This document shows, in pieces, positions 29,252-33,768 of a DNA stretch of 33,768 bases; the stretch's first letter is position 1, and every line of letters begins with the position of its first letter. Both the position numbers and the translations under genes were made by a program. This DNA is from a virus. The notes below the pieces were generated by a model. That model did no database searches. It was not told where the DNA came from and was given only the letters and a program-made list of their open reading frames with translations. The stretch lies in UHGV virus genome UHGV-0181805; one strand, 5' to 3'.

Positions 29252-29956
29252 ATGGAAAACAAAGATATTCGCAAATCGAATCTGGCGTTTTTGCTAGATG
29301 AGCATAAAAAAATCGCGGGTAACACTAATGCAAGCTTTGCCGATAAGCTTGGGGTTAGCCCTTCTCAACTCACGCAAGTCTCCGGTGAAAAAAGCACTCG
29401 AAACATAGGGGATAAACTAGCAAGAAAATTTGAAGCCGCACTTGGGTTACCTAATGGGTGGCTTGATTTGGTACATGATGTAACACCAATTGCATCATGC
29501 TCAGATTCTTTAACTTTTGTCGGTCAGGTAAGAAAAGGGTTAGTGCGCGTGGTTGGTGAGGCAATTCTTGGTGTTGATGGTGCCATCGAGATGACCGAAG
29601 AGCGCGATGGGTGGCTCAAAATTTATAGCGATGATCCAGATGCCTTTGGCCTTCGTGTGAAAGGAGACAGCATGTGGCCTAGAATAAAATCAGGAGAATA
29701 TGTACTCATTGAGCCTAACACCAAAGTATTCCCGGGTGATGAGGTGTTTGTCAGAACCGTTGAAGGACACAACATGATTAAGGTTCTTGGCTATGACAGA
29801 GATGGAGAATACCAGTTTACAAGCATCAACCAGGACCATAGGCCAATAACGTTGCCTTATCATCAAGTAGCAAAGGTGGAGTATGTGGCTGGTATTCTGA
29901 AGCAATCTCGCCATCTGGATGACATCGAGGCAAGGGAGTGGCTGAAAAGTTCGTGA
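29252..29956 (+). CDS. cI: CI-type prophage repressor (HTH plus LexA-like S24 autopeptidase domain)
   Basis: 234 aa; N-terminal HTH region; C-terminal ...GDSMWPRIKSGEYVLIEP...GDEVFVRTVEGHNMIKVL... with Ser-Lys dyad context. Confidence 0.85.
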   Translation: MENKDIRKSNLAFLLDEHKKIAGNTNASFADKLGVSPSQLTQVSGEKSTRNIGDKLARKFEAALGLPNGWLDLVHDVTPIASCSDSLTFVGQVRKGLVRVVGEAILGVDGAIEMTEERDGWLKIYSDDPDAFGLRVKGDSMWPRIKSGEYVLIEPNTKVFPGDEVFVRTVEGHNMIKVLGYDRDGEYQFTSINQDHRPITLPYHQVAKVEYVAGILKQSRHLDDIEAREWLKSS

Positions 29957-30382
29957 CTTCATCGTCACATAGCTGATAGCCAATGGCCTGAAGAGACGTT
30001 TGGGTGAAGAGGATAGATGGAGTTTAATGGCCATGAGTATCACGCGGTCAAAAAGAAGTTCATCTATTCATTGAAAGCATAAGGCCATCTGAGTATATCC
30101 GTAATGATCTGGATATTGTCTATAACATCAATGACCGGACAATAGATATCGGTGAGCAGCGTCCTGTATGGCAGGGTGAGGCAGGTGAAAAAAACGTCCT
30201 GCCATCAACAAGAATCAAGTGCATCAGCTCTCTGGACAGATGGAAAATTTATTGGATGCAAAAAGATATGAAATAACACCTGTATAGCACGGAGCTTTCT
30301 CTGACCGATGCACTTGAAGTTGTTAGGGCTGACCCAGCCTGCTGTTTCTTTAGGTAAGAGAAAAGAGATTTAGGAGATGAAA

Positions 30383-30409
30383 GGTCGCAGAGGTGCGGCC
30401 TTTTTTATT
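30383..30409 (+). terminator. Intrinsic terminator about 430 nt downstream of cI
   Basis: GGUCGCA-gagg-UGCGGCC hairpin followed by TTTTTTATT. Confidence 0.65.
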
Positions 30410-30433
30410 GAGAGTGGATCTTGAACGGAAATT

Positions 30434-30477
30434 CTCAAGACTTGAGTCTTGCATGCAAATCAATTCCTGGATAAACT
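30434..30477 (+). promoter_or_regulatory. Candidate promoter with overlapping palindromic operator for the 173-aa gene
   Basis: Perfect palindrome CTCAAGaCTTGAG (30434..30446); TTGCAT (30449..30454) - 17 nt - TAAACT (30472..30477). Confidence 0.4.
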
Positions 30478-30509
30478 CGATCTGAGTCAATAACTTAGAG
30501 AGAGAGCAA

Positions 30510-31031
30510 ATGGCAAAGTCAAACGTTAGCGTGCAGGCATTCAAGGACTTCCTTGAAGAGCTTATGTCGCTGAACATAATGAAGGAGGCCACCGCTCGAA
30601 ATTTAAAAAACTCATCCGCTCGCCTCTTAACGGTAGTCCAAGAAGAGGAAATGGGTGATGTTACTCAGCTTGATGTGAATGAGCTTGCCGAGCGATACAT
30701 CAACGCAACTGAGCCGAAGCCTAGCGACAGCAGCATTACTGCATATAAAAGCCGCATGGAAAGTGCAATCAAAAAGTTTGTAGCTTTCCAGTCTGGTGAA
30801 GAAATCCCATACACTCCGATTGACAAAGAATCCAGTGAGGAAAAAGATTTGACTGGCGAACCAACAAAAGTCGAAGGCAAGGCTAATGCACTTCATACCT
30901 ATGATCTTCCAGTAGTTCTTCGACCTGAATCAGGGGTTACAGTAACGATTAAAGGCATTCCTAACGATATCACAAACGAAGAAGCCGAACGCATCTCTTC
31001 AATTCTGAAGGTTTACGTTCGGCCTCAATAA
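30510..31031 (+). CDS. Hypothetical 173-aa soluble acidic protein in the immunity-region cargo slot
   Basis: Clean ORF with GAGAG upstream; no TM segment or recognisable catalytic motif; sits between cI and pL where lambda carries rexAB and P22 sieB. Confidence 0.6.
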   Translation: MAKSNVSVQAFKDFLEELMSLNIMKEATARNLKNSSARLLTVVQEEEMGDVTQLDVNELAERYINATEPKPSDSSITAYKSRMESAIKKFVAFQSGEEIPYTPIDKESSEEKDLTGEPTKVEGKANALHTYDLPVVLRPESGVTVTIKGIPNDITNEEAERISSILKVYVRPQ

Positions 31032-31334
31032 TGCAAAAGCATTCAGCACAATGTCCAACTCCCCAGTCCGACATTGATGCTGTTTAACCAGAGCCTCCAA
31101 AAGGAGCCCTTGTTAAGGTACACAATATTTGCGATGTAACCTTAGCGCGTCTGGTACATTTTTTCAAGCGGTTGTAGGGCTGCCGCCAATATGAGAAAAC
31201 ACAGATGTCTACATACAATTTGAATGACCAATTCGATCGAGAAGTTCATGTGAATGCCTATGAACGGATAAGGCATGGAAATCTTGAACATGTGTGTGAG
31301 CATTATCGCTCAAGGCCACACCGCTAATCATCAA

Positions 31335-31360
31335 CCCGGCCTCAGCGCCGGGTTTTCTTT
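31335..31360 (+). terminator. Intrinsic terminator downstream of the 173-aa gene
   Basis: CCCGGC-ctcagc-GCCGGG followed by TTTTCTTT. Confidence 0.6.
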
Positions 31361-31538
31361 GCCTCTCGATCCCCCACCTAAAAAAAACATAACTCATTGT
31401 ATTTATTGAAAAACTGATTGATACAACTTGCTAAACCACGCAATCCAGATCTCCCTCAAATCTCTTTATTTATCCTGTCGAATTCCTACAACAAAATAAA
31501 ACACCATAAGAATCAATACGATATTTGAAAATCAAAAG

Positions 31539-31584
31539 AATTTATCATTTTGCTATTGCCATTAATTTATCATTCCGATAAAGT
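31539..31584 (+). promoter_or_regulatory. OL operators and candidate pL (-35 TTGCCA 31556..31561, -10 TAAAGT 31579..31584)
   Basis: 17-bp palindrome TTTATCattccGATAAA (31566..31582) in the promoter spacer; additional AATTTATCATT copy at 31539..31549; same motif and same -10 hexamer as OR/pR. Confidence 0.5.
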
Positions 31585-31652
31585 TTGCCCATCAGCAGGA
31601 CGCACTACTCACCAGGGCGGTGAATATACAACGATTCGAATATGAATCTACG

Positions 31653-31667
31653 GCGCTGACAAAGCGC
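31653..31667 (+). promoter_or_regulatory. nutL boxB RNA hairpin (P22 type)
   Basis: GCGCTGACAAAGCGC is identical to the P22 nutL boxB sequence as I recall it; about 60 nt downstream of candidate pL; matches the P22-like Arg-rich motif of the N protein. Confidence 0.7.
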
Positions 31668-31977
31668 AATAACCAAAGTGAACTTTGGGGTGTGGTGAAG
31701 CCAGCTAGTCACTGGCAAGTGCTTACCTACTGTTGAGCGGTGAAGCGCTCCCAACGCTAGCAATAGCGTGGACGAGATGGGGAGCCGCGGGCGATAAGGC
31801 CGCCATAACGCGCACGTTGTCGCATGGAAAAATCACTGGGGTGCCGGTTATACCCCTCCGAATGAGACTCAACAAGCTGGAGCTAGACTACCAGCCACCA
31901 CACCACCAAAGTTCATCAGGAGGTCTATATGACACGCAGAGCGCAATAACCAAAGTGAACTTTGGGGTGTGGTGAAG
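31663..31977 (+). repeat. Perfect 38-bp direct repeat A: copies 31663..31700 and 31940..31977
   Basis: AGCGCAATAACCAAAGTGAACTTTGGGGTGTGGTGAAG present twice; contains local hairpin CCAAAG-tgaa-CTTTGG. Confidence 0.9.
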
Positions 31978-32121
31978 GGTTCATGGACGGGAATATGTCG
32001 CACGTAAAGCGGCGAGGCCTGCGGGACTATTGCCGAATTGAAGTAGGCCGAAACAGGTCGAAATGGGTCTCCCACCTACCACACCACCAAAGTTCATCAG
32101 GAGGTCTATATGACACGCAGA
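31897..32121 (+). repeat. Perfect 44-bp direct repeat B: copies 31897..31940 and 32078..32121, each with SD and ATG
   Basis: ACCACACCACCAAAGTTCATCAGGAGGTCTATATGACACGCAGA present twice; second copy is the N start, first copy starts a 6-codon ORF. Confidence 0.9.
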
Positions 32122-32493
32122 ACTCAGTTCAAAGGCAATTCACGTTCTCGTCGTCGTGAGCGTTTAAAGGCAAAGGCATTAGCTAACGGCGTACTGGCCC
32201 GCGAAGAAGCAATAAGTTCAGAAGTATTACACCGCCCTACTCTAAGCAGAGCGCAGATTCAGGCTAAAGGTACTCACGAAACGCCTGAGCGCATAGAAGA
32301 CGCTAAGCCAATTAAGTTCATGGCACAGGACGTGATCTGGCAACAGAAAGAATACAGACGCAATCTGGAGCGAGCGGCCATTGTGTACGCGAATGAGTTT
32401 GGACATAAGCAACCAGAAACTGGTGTATGTCTTCCAAACGTAGCCATTTACTCGGCAGGCTACCGGAAATCAAAACAACTGACGGCGAGGTAA
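32110..32493 (+). CDS. N: Transcription antiterminator N (P22 gene 24-like)
   Basis: 127 aa; N-terminal Arg-rich motif GNSRSRRRERLKAKA (compare P22 N GNAKTRRHERRRKLA); C-terminus LPNVAIYSAGYRKSKQLTAR versus recalled P22 ...LPGVALYAAGHRKSKQITAR. Confidence 0.8.
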   Translation: MTRRTQFKGNSRSRRRERLKAKALANGVLAREEAISSEVLHRPTLSRAQIQAKGTHETPERIEDAKPIKFMAQDVIWQQKEYRRNLERAAIVYANEFGHKQPETGVCLPNVAIYSAGYRKSKQLTAR

Positions 32494-32721
32494 GTGATGA
32501 ATCAGACATACATTCCATCATGCTTGAGAAATCTGCCAAAGCAGAAAGCAAAGCCCCGCAAGCAAGCCATAAAGGACGCTAAGGCAGAGGTTATTGATCA
32601 AGCAATACAATTGCTCAGGGAGGAGTTAAGAAGTGGCAAGCTCGAAGGAATGATGATGCCCTATCAGCGCGGATATCTATCGGCGATTAGTAAGTTGGAA
32701 GTATTGAAGAGTGAATTATGA
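32494..32721 (+). CDS. Hypothetical early-left protein, 75 aa
   Basis: ORF directly after N in the pL operon. Confidence 0.45.
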   Translation: MMNQTYIPSCLRNLPKQKAKPRKQAIKDAKAEVIDQAIQLLREELRSGKLEGMMMPYQRGYLSAISKLEVLKSEL

Positions 32722-32785
32722 ACTATCTGGAATTTCCGGATGGTTCATTGTTTTGGCAGCAAACCAATTATTTGAGAGCTGATAC

Positions 32786-33028
32786 ATGAGAGTAAAAACT
32801 ATGGGCGCAAGCCCATTAAGCGGTCGTATTTTTCAAGGAACATTAAACACTGAAAAAGGAATGTGGGTAGGAAAGAAAGAAGATGTCACCGATCAGGCAG
32901 TTAGGGCAGTAGCCGAACACATGATGATAAAAGACCAGAAATATGCATACGAAACGAAGGATGGCAAATGGCTGATAATAAGTCATCAACTGGTTGATAA
33001 ATTACCAGAAGAGTTTGTTGATGGTTAA
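32786..33028 (+). CDS. Hypothetical early-left protein, 80 aa
   Basis: ORF in pL operon. Confidence 0.45.
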   Translation: MRVKTMGASPLSGRIFQGTLNTEKGMWVGKKEDVTDQAVRAVAEHMMIKDQKYAYETKDGKWLIISHQLVDKLPEEFVDG

Positions 33029-33053
33029 ATTTGCTTTGGCATAAACAACAGAG

Positions 33054-33347
33054 GTGGATATGAAAGAGTTTAAGGGTACGCCTGGTAAATGGAAGTACAC
33101 GGTTAGAAACGTCAACGAGATGATGACTACGTTCCATGGTGTGACGATTGGTGACACATACATTGAAGCAGCAACAAGAAATGAAAGGGAGGATGCGCTA
33201 CTGATAGCAGCAGCTCCTGACCTTCTCGAAGCACTTCAGTTATTACTTAAGCAAACCAAAAATAGAACAACGACAACATATCCAGAATGGTATGGAGCTG
33301 TTAATAAAGGTATCGCAGCAATCAGAAAAGCTCTTGGGGATAAGTAA
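33054..33347 (+). CDS. Hypothetical early-left protein, 97 aa
   Basis: ORF with GAGG upstream; pL operon. Confidence 0.45.
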   Translation: MDMKEFKGTPGKWKYTVRNVNEMMTTFHGVTIGDTYIEAATRNEREDALLIAAAPDLLEALQLLLKQTKNRTTTTYPEWYGAVNKGIAAIRKALGDK

Positions 33348-33535
33348 TGAAAGTAAAAATAACTGCTTCTAATACCAGTTTTGTTAGTGTTGGTGATATT
33401 ACAGAAGTAATAACAAACCATGATGGAACACAAGTTATGTGGTCTGATTTTTGTAAAAGATATGAGCGAGTCACTTGGTGTAAACTCGTATGGGGAGTCG
33501 AATACGAAGAATTACCTGAAATGCATGACGAATAA
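33347..33535 (+). CDS. Hypothetical early-left protein, 62 aa
   Basis: ORF; TAATG overlap with preceding gene. Confidence 0.4.
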   Translation: MKVKITASNTSFVSVGDITEVITNHDGTQVMWSDFCKRYERVTWCKLVWGVEYEELPEMHDE

Positions 33536-33628
33536 GCACTGTGTATTCATTCCAACGAGTGAATACACGGAGCAATGTCGCTCGTAACTAAACAGGAGCC
33601 GACTTGTTCTGATTATTGGAAATCTTCT

Positions 33629-33657
33629 TTGCCCTCTAATGTGAGGGCAATTTTTTT
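33629..33657 (+). terminator. Intrinsic terminator in the early-left operon
   Basis: TTGCCCTC-taatg-TGAGGGCAA followed by TTTTTTTG; preceded by a 9-bp-stem hairpin at 33541..33568. Confidence 0.6.
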
Positions 33658-33768
33658 GACGGAGGATATATGAGTGAAGTAACAGATTTGTAAGCGTGCA
33701 GTGAGAACCGTATTGACGAAGTGAAGCTGGTCAGGCAGGCAGAGTACCCCGCCACGGGAGCAGAGCAC

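Noticed and set aside
29690-30043. 117-aa minus-strand ORF overlapping the 3' end of cI
   Set aside because: Overlaps the S24 peptidase domain coding region of cI on the opposite strand; no motif.
31205-31327. 40-aa ORF (MSTYNLNDQFDREVHVNAYERIRHGNLEHVCEHYRSRPHR) just before the terminator
   Set aside because: Weak RBS, overlaps an equally unsupported antisense ORF (31209..31397), no motif; kept only as a note.
31663-32121. Possible CRISPR array suggested by repeated elements
   Set aside because: Only two copies each of two different repeats, which are complementary to each other, carry an SD and ATG, and sit in a promoter-proximal leader; no cas genes; not a CRISPR array.
31733-32159. Two TTG-start ORFs (80 aa and 65 aa) in the N leader
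   Set aside because: Both run through the A/B repeat copies, use TTG starts without RBS, and are better explained as chance frames in structured leader RNA.

Overview
This window is the right-hand ~33.4 kb of a mosaic lambdoid prophage inserted at the lambda attachment locus beside host ybhB (host flank 1..~340; attR-type hybrid site 341..520). The prophage lies reversed relative to the window. On the minus strand the late operon runs Q antiterminator (22430..22948), two tRNAs, holin/lysozyme/Rz/Rz1, a DUF2829-like gene, a small-ORF plus trypsin-like protease cassette with its own terminator, terminase, then a complete P22-like virion module ending in the tailspike (2111..4495). Also on the minus strand is the early-right operon: cro, nutR, cII, O-like initiator with internal iteron origin, DnaB-like helicase, and a nin region with Dam methyltransferase, NinE/F, Rha/KilAC, YbcO-like, RusA and NinH. 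On the plus strand are the CI repressor (29252..29956), an isolated 173-aa unknown gene in the rexAB/sieB-equivalent position, pL/OL, nutL boxB, a long repeat-structured leader, N (32110..32493) and four small early-left genes. An AT-rich acyltransferase-3 gene (1000..2022) sits between tailspike and attR. The integrase is not in the window. The best candidates for undescribed biology are the protease cassette, the 173-aa immunity-region gene, the interleaved complementary repeats in the N leader, and the tRNA pair in the pR'-to-terminator interval. All family assignments rest on reading the translations and recalled motifs; no database search was run.
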